Assembly (NCBI GenBank): GCA_044345055.1 | Contig: JBIJBT010000060.1 | Span: 1 to 17,692, forward strand | Length of the DNA: 17,692 bases | Direction: 5' to 3' | Source: Bdellovibrionota bacterium | GTDB lineage: Bacteria; Bdellovibrionota_C; UBA2361; OMIW01 | In this document: positions 7,277-17,567 of the stretch, piece after piece | Layout of the letters: every line of letters starts with the position of its first letter | Numbering within the stretch: the first letter of the stretch is position 1 | Position numbers and translations under genes: made by a program | The notes under the pieces: generated by a model | What the model was told of the DNA's origin: nothing | Database searches by the model: none | What the model saw: only the letters and a program-made list of their open reading frames with translations

Positions 7277-7338
7277 TGGCCATCGAAGGGAGTCGAACCC
7301 CTGACCTGGCGATTACGAACCAGTCGCTCTTCCGAAGC
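7277..7338 (-). pseudogene. Truncated tRNA-Thr(CGT) fragment (att-like remnant)
   Basis: Minus strand GCTTCGGAAGAGCG ACTGG TTCGTAA TCGCC AGGTC AGGGG TTCGACT CCCTT CGATGGC CA. Anticodon loop CGT, intact T-arm and 3' acceptor strand are present; the anticodon stem is mispaired and there is no complementary 5' acceptor strand. Confidence 0.8.
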
Positions 7339-7440
7339 GCCTCTAAAAGTAGCTTTCCACACAAAAAATTACAAGCGCCGAAGCAGCTAATTTGACCTCT
7401 GAGAAAAAACCGAAATTGCGCATCTGATTTTTTTACGTTA

Positions 7441-8112
7441 TCAATTCAAAATATTTAACTTGATAACGTGAGCCCACTTATGAGATGCAAAAACTATTAA
7501 GCACATCCACCCAGTTTTTAACGCAGCGTATGCCACTCCATAACTCAACGAGCGCCACAAGTTGCCGTGACACTCTTCGACGTGCCATATTACAAACAAA
7601 ACAGACCGCTTAAAGATGTAGAAGAGTGGAAGCGTAACTGCAATTACCCCCACCACCACAAAATTCACGCCAAGCCAAAACAGAAAACCAAGACCAATTG
7701 CAAATAGAAAACAGACTAAAAGGTCGAGTATGAAGCCTAGCAGTAACCCGATCGGTCCTGCCGCTTCTCCCGCCAACTCTGTGAAATGATCAAAATGCAG
7801 GGGTTTTCTTATTATTTCTCCAATTGCATCAGCAAAATCCATCGGAGTGCCGATTGGTTCAATCAGAGTAATCGTCTCGTTTTCAGCAAAATATACCCCG
7901 TGATAAAGAACAAATGTATAAAACCCCGACAATAAAACTCCAACAACCCCTGCAAGAGTTTCGATTTCAATCCATACAGGTTTTTGCATGATCACAACGA
8001 CCGTAACCGTAGCTATCGCAACGATTACAAGCGCAACCCAAAAGCTGGTGACTAAGCTCCAGTGCAAGCGCGCTCGCTTGCCCTTTCGTTGCTGTTCGTC
8101 AAATGATTGCAC
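7441..8112 (-). CDS. Hypothetical multi-pass membrane protein
   Basis: About 5 hydrophobic segments. The ORF-track start (8160) lies inside the tRNA, so GTG at 8112, preceded by GGAAG, is proposed; start uncertain. Confidence 0.7.
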   Translation of the reverse strand: MQSFDEQQRKGKRARLHWSLVTSFWVALVIVAIATVTVVVIMQKPVWIEIETLAGVVGVLLSGFYTFVLYHGVYFAENETITLIEPIGTPMDFADAIGEIIRKPLHFDHFTELAGEAAGPIGLLLGFILDLLVCFLFAIGLGFLFWLGVNFVVVGVIAVTLPLFYIFKRSVLFVIWHVEECHGNLWRSLSYGVAYAALKTGWMCLIVFASHKWAHVIKLNILN

Positions 8113-8135
8113 TTGTTTCTTCCAGGAAAACAGAA

Positions 8136-8208
8136 AGCCAACTACGGGAATCGAACCCATGACCCTCTCATTACGAATGAGATGCTCTACCAGCTGAGCT
8201 AAGTTGGC
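8136..8208 (-). tRNA. tRNA-Thr(CGT)
   Basis: GCCAACT TA GCTC AGCTGGTA GAGC A TCTCA TTCGTAA TGAGA GGGTC ATGGG TTCGATT CCCGT AGTTGGC T: full 73-nt cloverleaf, CCA not encoded. Confidence 0.97.
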
Positions 8209-8233
8209 GTACCTATTAAGGAAAGTATTAGGA

Positions 8234-8262
8234 AAATTATCCTACTTTTTGAGAAGAATCAA
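8234..8262 (-). promoter_or_regulatory. Putative sigma-70 promoter of tRNA-Thr
   Basis: Minus strand TTGATT-N17-TAATTT, 25 nt upstream of the mature 5' end. Confidence 0.5.
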
Positions 8263-8485
8263 CCCTTGCGATTCTGAGTTAAATCGCTGTCTTGGCGTTT
8301 TCCTTCCAAGAGAGTTCAGCGGATTAAACAAAAAGCAGTGCGTTGTTACTTAGATTATGAGGCTGAAATGATCTCTAAAATAGAGAGAACCAGAAAAGAG
8401 ACTCACGTGAATAGTTGAAGTATGAATCGAGTGCTCTGCTAATTGAGCTAGGATGCCGTAAAGGTGTTCGCTGAATTACTAATCA

Positions 8486-8526
8486 CAAGAAGCACCGGCG
8501 GTTAAGACTGCTTATGGCACCGGTGC
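8486..8526 (-). terminator. Putative intrinsic terminator after hpf
   Basis: Minus strand GCACCGG...TAAG-CAGT-CTTA...CCGGTGC followed by TTCTTGT, about 35 nt after the hpf stop. Confidence 0.55.
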
Positions 8527-8560
8527 AGTAAAGAGCTGCGAGCAGGCAATTTGGCTCGGC

Positions 8561-8881
8561 TTACGAATGATGATTTTTTGTTTTTTCCTTTTGCTTGCGG
8601 AGTTGCTGTGTGAGGGAATCGCAAAGGGCATCTATTGATGCGTAGAGGTCGGAGCTCTCTTCTTTAGCAAAAAAATCAACTCCAAAAGCGTGGAAAGATG
8701 CCTCGGCTATCTGTCGAAGCTTTTCAACTGATAGCACAACATGGATCTCCGCATCTCTGTGGACAAACTTTTGAACGCAATGGTGTAATTTTTCAGAGGC
8801 ATAGCTCTTGAGCGGCTCTGTTGAATCGGTGTTCTTAAAAGTAATCGCAATCCGAAGAGACGATGGGGATCCGTTTGACAT
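8561..8881 (-). CDS. hpf: Ribosome hibernation promoting factor HPF/RaiA (short form)
   Basis: ITFKNTDSTEPLKSYASEKL...VVLSVEK..QIAE...AKEESSDLYASID...L.QQLRK.KEK; directly downstream of rpoN. Confidence 0.93.
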   Translation of the reverse strand: MSNGSPSSLRIAITFKNTDSTEPLKSYASEKLHHCVQKFVHRDAEIHVVLSVEKLRQIAEASFHAFGVDFFAKEESSDLYASIDALCDSLTQQLRKQKEKTKNHHS

Positions 8882-9024
8882 AGTATGCCTTCGCCAAATA
8901 AATGAGTATTGATGGAGATATCAGAAAAAATCAGCACCACTATTCACTAAAAGATGAATAGACTGCCAATTTCCTCCTTAATTTAAAGTTCGTCCAAGTT
9001 TACTGACTTATTGGTACTATTTCA

Positions 9025-10494
9025 CTAGTTTCTTTTAGCAGAAAAACTTGCCAACTTATTCCTTCGAGATGACGATTCAACCCCCAAAGATTCTCTGTAT
9101 TTTGCTACGGTTCTTCGAGCTATTGTTATTCCTTCTTTCTCTAGTATCTCGACGAGCTGTTGATCGCTAAATGCTTGGCCCGGTTTTTCCTGAGTAATAA
9201 GGGCTTTTATTCGTTCCCGTACGGCGGATGATGAAACATCTCCGTCTCCTCCCTTTATACCTGAGGTAAAGAAGAATTTGAGTTCGAATACTCCCTGAGG
9301 AGTATGAACATATTTATTCGAGGTAACACGGCTTACGGTTGATTCGTGCATTCCGATATCATCAGCTACATCTTTAAGTACCATCGGTTTAAGATGTTGT
9401 ATTCCATCGTCGAGAAACTTTCTTTGAAAACGGACTATACTCTCTGCTACTTTATAAATCGTTCGCTGTCGCTGCTGAATACTTTTCAGGAGCCATGACG
9501 CACTTTTGTAACGTTCCTGGAGATACTGCCGATTGTCGTCTCGGGTTGAGTTTGGTTCGCGAAGAAGTCGGAGACAGAATTCGTTCAATCGAACCCTCGG
9601 GACTCCTTCCTCATTTAGCTCTATAACGTAATCGCGCTCAACTCGGTGAACATAGACATCGGGAACAATATACCTCTGACTCTCATCGCTAAATTGCCGC
9701 CCGGGATGGGGTTCAAGGCTTTGAATCGTAACAATTGCTCTCTGAACATCATCAATTGATACACCCTCTTCACGCGCGATCCGGTCGAGTTGGTGTCGCT
9801 CCAATTTATCGAGATGTTTCTTTACGATCGTTGACTCAAGACCAAGCTTCCCAATTCTCTCAAGCTGAAACAGGAGACATTCTCCAATACTACTCGCACC
9901 GACACCCGCTGGATCAAGAGTTTTCAGAATTTCACGGGCATCCTCGAGCTCTGCTCTTGATGTGTCTGCCTCTGCCGCGATCTCATCAAGGTCATGAACA
10001 AGTAACCCATCGCGTGAAAGATTGCCGATCAGATGAAGAATTAGGGTGCGTTCCCTCTCAGTTATGTCGATAAATCTGAGCTGCTCAATAAGGTGATCGA
10101 ACAGGCTCTCAGAGTGCGTCGCGATAAGCTCATAGAGAGGGCGATGGTCCTCGGCGGTCAAGGAGCCCTTTGGTTGAGCAGCTCCTGAATAATCGGTGAA
10201 GAAATCGGAAAAATCCTCCCAATCAGCCTGGGTCTCTGTTGTAGAACGTTGTGGTTCAGAATCTTCGTTAAGCTGAGGAGTTGGTAGTGTCTCCATCGAT
10301 GGAGCATCTTGTTGACCACCTCCCTCATCAGTGAAGGGTATCTCCTCAAGAAGAGGATTTTCCAGAATCTCTTGATGAAGCGCATCAAGGTATTCTTGAC
10401 GACCGAGCTGAAGCAGCTTGATAGCCTGCTGAAGCTGTGGAGTCATCAGCAGGGACTGCCCCATTTTCTGCAATAATTTCGCCTCGAGCGCCAT
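9025..10494 (-). CDS. rpoN: RNA polymerase sigma-54 factor
   Basis: Region I MTPQLQQAIKLLQL, HTH LKDVADDIGMHESTVSRVT, FELKFFF, RpoN box ARRTVAKYRE. Confidence 0.99.
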   Translation of the reverse strand: MALEAKLLQKMGQSLLMTPQLQQAIKLLQLGRQEYLDALHQEILENPLLEEIPFTDEGGGQQDAPSMETLPTPQLNEDSEPQRSTTETQADWEDFSDFFTDYSGAAQPKGSLTAEDHRPLYELIATHSESLFDHLIEQLRFIDITERERTLILHLIGNLSRDGLLVHDLDEIAAEADTSRAELEDAREILKTLDPAGVGASSIGECLLFQLERIGKLGLESTIVKKHLDKLERHQLDRIAREEGVSIDDVQRAIVTIQSLEPHPGRQFSDESQRYIVPDVYVHRVERDYVIELNEEGVPRVRLNEFCLRLLREPNSTRDDNRQYLQERYKSASWLLKSIQQRQRTIYKVAESIVRFQRKFLDDGIQHLKPMVLKDVADDIGMHESTVSRVTSNKYVHTPQGVFELKFFFTSGIKGGDGDVSSSAVRERIKALITQEKPGQAFSDQQLVEILEKEGITIARRTVAKYRESLGVESSSRRNKLASFSAKRN

Positions 10495-10628
10495 AACACC
10501 TTTTGAATAACCCGACTGACCGTAATAAAGGCCATCGGTTTGGTACAGTAGTGTGATGCGTGTGGTCGATTATCGTTTCGTTAAAGGTAGCTGTTTGCGA
10601 ACAATATCAAAATATAAAGGGCCGATTA

Positions 10629-11354
10629 CTAGAGTGAAAAGTCAGTCCCCAGATAGTACCGACGGGCTTTTTCACTTTGGGCTATGTATTCGGGTGGGCC
10701 CTCTTCGAGAACTTTGCCATCAACGAGGATGTAGGCTCGGGTGCAGATGCCGAGAGTTTCTCTAACATTGTGATCGGTAATAAGTATGCCGATCTGTTTT
10801 GCCTGAAGATTTCTGATGATCTCTTGAATGTCCTGAACTGCGATAGGGTCGATCCCCGCGAACGGTTCGTCGAGAAGAATAAAGAGTGGATTTGAAGCGA
10901 GAGCTCTCGCTATTTCAACCCTACGACGCTCTCCGCCCGAAAGGGAAGAGGCCATGTTGTTTTCAATTCGCTTGACACCAAGCTCCAATAGAAGCTCTTC
11001 GAGCCGGTCCCTACGAGCACCCTCTGAGGGAAAAGGCATCGTTTCAAGTATCGCAAGTATATTGTCCCGGACCGATAGTTTTCGAAATACAGAGGCCTCT
11101 TGAGGAAGATAGCCGATACCTAATCGGGCTCGCTGAAACATTGGAGCTCCGGTTATTTCGCGATCGTCGAGAAAAATGGAGCCAGAGGAAGGGGTGGTGA
11201 GCCCGACACACAGGTAGAACGTTGTCGTCTTTCCTGCGCCGTTCGGCCCGAGAAGCCCTACTACCTCTCCTGCATGAACCGAGATCGATACGCCATTGAC
11301 GACAGGCCTATCTTTGTAACACTTAACGAGATTGTTTGCAGATAGTGTGTGCAT
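10629..11354 (-). CDS. lptB: LPS export ABC transporter ATP-binding protein
   Basis: GLLGPNGAGKTT, YLPQEASVFRKL, LSGGERRRVEIARAL, LLDEPFAGIDP, ITDHNVRETL, YLG.DFSL. Confidence 0.98.
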   Translation of the reverse strand: MHTLSANNLVKCYKDRPVVNGVSISVHAGEVVGLLGPNGAGKTTTFYLCVGLTTPSSGSIFLDDREITGAPMFQRARLGIGYLPQEASVFRKLSVRDNILAILETMPFPSEGARRDRLEELLLELGVKRIENNMASSLSGGERRRVEIARALASNPLFILLDEPFAGIDPIAVQDIQEIIRNLQAKQIGILITDHNVRETLGICTRAYILVDGKVLEEGPPEYIAQSEKARRYYLGTDFSL

Positions 11355-11405
11355 GGAAAACTTCGCGTTAGGCTAGTTGATGGTATCTTGCAACGTTTCT
11401 TTAAC

Positions 11406-12560
11406 TCAAGCCGCCGTTTGAACCTGTGACGAGGCTCGTTTTCTATAAAGGATAATCTGTGGACGAAAGCCCCCCTGATACACCCTCACCGATCGCTCTC
11501 GCTCAAAAAGCGAGCTTGCGATCTCGTGCAGGGCTCTCTCATCCTGAGAAAGTATTACGAGTCTTCCTCTTTCAGTGAGAACGCGGTGCATCTCTTTGAG
11601 CATCATGGGGTACATACGGCGGGCTTGCTCTCGACTCCCTAATCCCTCCCCCCAGGGAGGATCGCTGAGAATAACCGATGCACAGCTGTCGGGTATCGGA
11701 AGAGCCGAAAGGTCACCCTTGGCCAGCTTAAGATTTTTCGCAGACCGCCATCGTTGTAGGTTCGCCACGGCAGCTCGCAGCGCCTCATCACTGAGGTCTA
11801 CTCCGATTGCCTGTTGAAACGTTTTTTTTTCGCAAAGCTCAGCAAGTATAGTTCCACTTCCACACGGAATATTGAGCACTGTTTCGTTCTGCTTCGGTTG
11901 CGCGACCTCGAGCATCGCTGCTGCAATAGGTGCACTGACAGCGCCACGGAAATTTACAACTCGCCATGATCTTGTACTGAGCGGTCGCGGGGTCGCTCTA
12001 ACGAGAATCTCCCAACCTCTACCGTGAGGGGATGGTCGAATACGAATAACTAAATCAGCTTCGGTCTTATCCGGCGAGTAGTCAATTCCGGTCATTTGAG
12101 AAAAGAATTCACCGAGTCGTCGAAATGTTGGTGAATCATTTCCAGCACCTTCAAGTCTTAGAGCGTGAAAGAGCTTTACGGGAGTGAGTGAAAACAGATC
12201 CTCGAACAAAAGTTTTAGCTGGTCCCGATATTCGTAAGAAGTGATTCCCCGCGGGCGGTCGATTGGAAGATGGATGCATCGAAACAGCGAGGTAGCGGTT
12301 CGAATTGAGAGGAGTTCGCGATGGCTTTGCGGAGCTATAGTAAAGCTTATCTCCTCAGCTTCTAAGGAATTATTCAGCAGACGACAGTTCCGTTTTCTAA
12401 GCTCATCCATCACGAATGGGCCAAGTCCAAGAGGGATCGTTACTAGCCAGAAATGTTTCGACCCACACGAATGGACCAATTCTTTCGTTTTACTAACTGC
12501 TTCTTTTCGTCCCACCTTTTTTCGGTGGAAGGGGCCCATTGAATTCTTTCTCTTAATCAT
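11406..12560 (-). CDS. Class I SAM-dependent RNA amino-methyltransferase (UPF0020/THUMP-associated; TrmN/Trm14/RlmL-like)
   Basis: PLSTRSWR...GAVSAPIAAAML, motif I NIPCGSGT, GVD, motif IV SDPPWG, EMHRVL..GRLV. ATGA overlap with the lptA stop. Confidence 0.8.
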   Translation of the reverse strand: MIKRKNSMGPFHRKKVGRKEAVSKTKELVHSCGSKHFWLVTIPLGLGPFVMDELRKRNCRLLNNSLEAEEISFTIAPQSHRELLSIRTATSLFRCIHLPIDRPRGITSYEYRDQLKLLFEDLFSLTPVKLFHALRLEGAGNDSPTFRRLGEFFSQMTGIDYSPDKTEADLVIRIRPSPHGRGWEILVRATPRPLSTRSWRVVNFRGAVSAPIAAAMLEVAQPKQNETVLNIPCGSGTILAELCEKKTFQQAIGVDLSDEALRAAVANLQRWRSAKNLKLAKGDLSALPIPDSCASVILSDPPWGEGLGSREQARRMYPMMLKEMHRVLTERGRLVILSQDERALHEIASSLFERERSVRVYQGGFRPQIILYRKRASSQVQTAA

Positions 12561-13180
12561 CCACCCACCTTATCGGACCCTTTTATAACTTTCATCCGAA
12601 CCTGTCCCTCGGCTGAACTTTTGTTCGTATTAAGGTCGATAGTTATTTTATCGGCGGCGAGATCGTTTCCTCCCTGAAAGAGATGCGGATTTTCGGTGAG
12701 AGTCACAATCCCGGTCTTGGCTTGATAAACGGCGGCTTGACTCGTTGCCCGCATGTCAGGAGCTTTAACAATAGTGACATTTTTTTTTGCAACAATCCGC
12801 TCTATCTTGTCATCTGCGCCGTAGTTGCCGACCATCTCCTGAGCATTGATAGTAACATCGCCCTGCACTACTTTTACGTTTCCGGAATATATGAACTCAC
12901 GTTTCTGAGTGTCGATATCTAATTTATCAGAGCTTACATAAACTGGTTCATCTCTCTTTTGGGATGAACCAAGATTTATAATCGAGGAGCTAGTGGTATT
13001 CTGCTCTTTAACAGCCTGAGCTCCCGATTTGTTCGCCGCTTTTGAAGCCGTCGGGCGAGGAGTCGGTCCGGGTTTTGCCTCTGAGGGTACCGACGCAAGC
13101 AATATCAAGAGAGCTGCACCAATGATCGGAGTTTTATAAATTTTAATCATTCTAAATGCCACAGCTGCCGACTTTTTCAT
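12557..13180 (-). CDS. lptA: Periplasmic LPS transport protein LptA (OstA family)
   Basis: Signal-peptide-like segment then PVYVSSDKL...FIYSGNVKVVQGD...LTENP...QGGN.L.ADKI. Lies between lptC and lptB. Start probably 13180 or 13150 rather than 13276. Confidence 0.88.
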   Translation of the reverse strand: MKKSAAVAFRMIKIYKTPIIGAALLILLASVPSEAKPGPTPRPTASKAANKSGAQAVKEQNTTSSSIINLGSSQKRDEPVYVSSDKLDIDTQKREFIYSGNVKVVQGDVTINAQEMVGNYGADDKIERIVAKKNVTIVKAPDMRATSQAAVYQAKTGIVTLTENPHLFQGGNDLAADKITIDLNTNKSSAEGQVRMKVIKGSDKVGG

Positions 13181-13308
13181 GGTTTTTTTATCCTTTGACT
13201 GCGGTTTACTGTCTATTAAGTAGCATAGGCTACATAATGGATGGTGTAGTTGTTTTTTGCGCCATTTTTGGTCCAATTCGCCCGAATTTAACAGATATGC
13301 ACGGTCTT

Positions 13309-13917
13309 CTATCGAGTTTCATTTGGTTTAAAAACCGATGTGACTTTGCCCAATAGCTCAAATCGACGGCTTATGGCGTCCCCCTTCATTGAATCTCCCG
13401 AAGTTTCACCGGATTTACTTTTAACTGTGACCCGTTTTGGTGCTTCAATCTGACCGGTCTCCTTCCAGTACGTCATAGAGTCCGTAATCAGCTTCATATC
13501 TTCATCATACTCAATTGTGACACCACCCGAGCAGGTGACCACCTTCATTGTGCTATCAACTAATTCGATGGTGGCAAAAGGAGCTATAATCCGAATTGTA
13601 GAACCCTCTTGACGGAATAACGTGAGGAGTCCGTTACTAATCGATATGAGATTAGACCCAGGAGTATATTCACCCTTATCGGCCGTTATCTCCCATTCTT
13701 TTTCGCCATTCGGCCCAGTCTGGCTTCGATGAAAATTTGTTAAAACAACAGAGCCAGATGGACTTTGTTCGAGCTCCTGCTCCGGAGTGGTGAGAGTTGG
13801 CTTGCCACTATCTGAGCCTAACCGATGGTCTGAACTCATGTAGAGGGCGAGCGCAAAAAAACCAACAAGCAGTCCGCCCGCGAGAAAAAAACTTGTACGC
13901 CGAGAAAGTTTAATCAC
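13309..13917 (-). CDS. lptC: LPS export periplasmic protein LptC
   Basis: Single N-terminal TM helix then a beta-jellyroll-like sequence (G.KEWEITADKG...LITDSMTY...G..MKGD...FELLGKV); operon position. Confidence 0.85.
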   Translation of the reverse strand: MIKLSRRTSFFLAGGLLVGFFALALYMSSDHRLGSDSGKPTLTTPEQELEQSPSGSVVLTNFHRSQTGPNGEKEWEITADKGEYTPGSNLISISNGLLTLFRQEGSTIRIIAPFATIELVDSTMKVVTCSGGVTIEYDEDMKLITDSMTYWKETGQIEAPKRVTVKSKSGETSGDSMKGDAISRRFELLGKVTSVFKPNETR

Positions 13918-13950
13918 AATAATCTTCTCTACTATCGCACCGACTCGCGC

Positions 13951-14757
13951 TCAAACAGATAGGGAGCGCTCTAGCTCGAACAGACGGGTCGCTGAGCGAA
14001 TAATAGGTTCCATTTGGGTAAGTGGCACCATCGAGGCTCCGTCAGAGGGAGCTTTAAGTGGTTCAGGATGACACTCCAAAAAGATCCCATCGACACCAAC
14101 AGCAACAGCCGCCCTTACGAGGGGATGAATGAATTCTCGACTTCCTCCCGAGCTGCCACCAGCTCCACCCATTGATTGTACGCTGTGTGTAGCATCAAAA
14201 ATTACAGGAAATCGGAGATTTCTCATGATTACAAGACCCCTCATGTCAACGACGAGATCTCGATATCCAAAACAGCTCCCTCGTTCGCAAAGAAATATCT
14301 CAGCATTACCTCCAGAGCGTACCTTTTCAGCTACGTACTCCATATCTGCTGGGTGCAAAAACTGCCCCTTTTTGATGTTCACACACTTTGCATGAGCACC
14401 AGCGGCAACGAGAATGTCGGTTTGTCGACACAAAAAAGCAGGAATTTGGACGATATCAATTACATTTGAACAGGCAATGACATCTTCCACTGAGTGAATA
14501 TCAGTCAAGACAGGTAGCCCCATCTCTTGTTTCACCTCAGATAGGATCGCAAGCCCAGCATCTCGACCTACACCTCGAATACCGGAAGCGCTCGTTCTGT
14601 TTGCTTTGTCGAAGGATGATTTATACACGACCTTGATTGGATATTTATCCTCAAGGTTCTTCAGAAATTCGGCAGTTTTAAGCGCAAGATCGCGGGACTC
14701 TATCTGACACGGTCCTGCTATGAGCAATAACCGTTCTTCACTGATAAACTGAGACAT
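13951..14757 (-). CDS. kdsA: 3-deoxy-8-phosphooctulonate (KDO8P) synthase
   Basis: IAGPCQIES, KSSFDKANRTS, QIPAFLCRQTD, KKGQF, CERG, FDATHSVQ, APSDG. Confidence 0.98.
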   Translation of the reverse strand: MSQFISEERLLLIAGPCQIESRDLALKTAEFLKNLEDKYPIKVVYKSSFDKANRTSASGIRGVGRDAGLAILSEVKQEMGLPVLTDIHSVEDVIACSNVIDIVQIPAFLCRQTDILVAAGAHAKCVNIKKGQFLHPADMEYVAEKVRSGGNAEIFLCERGSCFGYRDLVVDMRGLVIMRNLRFPVIFDATHSVQSMGGAGGSSGGSREFIHPLVRAAVAVGVDGIFLECHPEPLKAPSDGASMVPLTQMEPIIRSATRLFELERSLSV

Positions 14758-14777
14758 GTTCTACCTCTCTCGGAAAA

Positions 14778-16454
<1,677 letters not shown>

Positions 16455-16669
16455 CTAGGTTATTTTGGACTCGGGTTTTGGAGTTGATGGTTTTAAAAGC
16501 GCACACGCGATCGCTGCCCGGAGCAATCGGATGATCTTGAACGCCGTAAAGGGTACACCAGAATGATGATAGACGCATTACTCAAGGGGTGTTTTAGTAA
16601 GAGGCGAGGACTTGACAAGGCAATCGCACATGTCGCAGTTTCTGCCGGTAACTATGGAGGTGGCAGTTT

Positions 16670-17518
16670 ATGAAGGTAATTCGCACAATCGAGGAGTTTA
16701 GGCATTGGAGGAGAGGGCAGCGGGGCAAGGTTGGAGTCGTCCCGACTATGGGTTATCTGCATGAAGGGCATATATCGCTGGTGCGGGCGATTCGGGCGTC
16801 CTGCGATGCCGTTGTGGTGACGATTTTTGTCAATCCCACCCAGTTTAATCAACAAGAGGACCTTGAGAAATATCCCCGAGATGAAGGGCGAGATATATCG
16901 CTCCTTGAAGCGAATGGAGTTGATGCCGTTTTTTTGCCGAGTGTTGATGAGCTTTATCCACCAGGGATCTCGGTTTGGGTCACTGTTGAGGGTCTTGTCG
17001 ATTCAATGGAGGGAGTTTTCCGGCCGGGCCATTTTAGGGGGGTCACTACTATTGTAGCGAAGCTCTTCAACCTTATTGAGCCTGATGTGGCGATTTTTGG
17101 AGAGAAGGACTTTCAGCAGCTGCGAGTTATTGAGGAGATGACTAAGGGTTTATTGAAACCGATCTCAATTATACGAGGAGCACTCATTCGAGAGGATGAT
17201 GGATTAGCGATGAGTTCGAGAAATGTTCGGCTATCTGCGGCGGATCGAGTCTCGGCTAAAGCGATCTCTCGAGCCTTGAGAGGGGCAAATTCGCTCTTTT
17301 TTGCGGGCGAAACTCAAGGATCGGTCTTGCGCGAATATATCATCGCCAACCTCTCGGAGGAGGAAGGGGTAAAAATTGAATACGTTGAGCTAGTTGATGA
17401 AATAACATTAAAACCTATCGCCCAAATTCATCATGGAGCCCGCGTTTGTGTTGCTGCGTGGGTTGGAGGCGTCAGGTTAATTGATACGATTGCTTTTGAT
17501 GGTGTGGATCAATCTTAA
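16670..17518 (+). CDS. panC: Pantoate--beta-alanine ligase (pantothenate synthetase)
   Basis: VPTMGYLHEGH, IFVNPTQF, RPGHFRGV, FGEKDFQQ, REDDGLAMSSRN, RLID. RBS GGAGG at 16656-16660. Confidence 0.99.
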   Translation: MKVIRTIEEFRHWRRGQRGKVGVVPTMGYLHEGHISLVRAIRASCDAVVVTIFVNPTQFNQQEDLEKYPRDEGRDISLLEANGVDAVFLPSVDELYPPGISVWVTVEGLVDSMEGVFRPGHFRGVTTIVAKLFNLIEPDVAIFGEKDFQQLRVIEEMTKGLLKPISIIRGALIREDDGLAMSSRNVRLSAADRVSAKAISRALRGANSLFFAGETQGSVLREYIIANLSEEEGVKIEYVELVDEITLKPIAQIHHGARVCVAAWVGGVRLIDTIAFDGVDQS

Positions 17519-17524
17519 AGATTG

Positions 17525-17567
17525 GGCTTAGAGGGTGCGAACCCCCTGATTTTGCAGCCTCTAAGCC
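17525..17567. terminator. Strong hairpin just after panC (terminator-like or RNA-stabilising)
   Basis: GGCTTAGAGG/CCTCTAAGCC perfect 10-bp stem, extended by TGCGA/TTGCA. No U-tract on the plus strand. Confidence 0.45.

Noticed and set aside
7988..8197. 69-aa plus-strand ORF and the 8160 start of the membrane protein
   Set aside because: Both overlap the tRNA-Thr gene; PTTGIEPMTLSLRMRCST is typical antisense-tRNA translation.
8282..8325. Imperfect hairpin (TCTTGG/CCAAGA, GCTG/CAGC) between hpf and the tRNA
   Set aside because: Bulged, no downstream U-tract on either strand, and no resemblance to an RNA family I recognise.
8953..8970. TTGGCAG upstream of hpf as a sigma-54 promoter
   Set aside because: No TTGC/GC at the -12 position.
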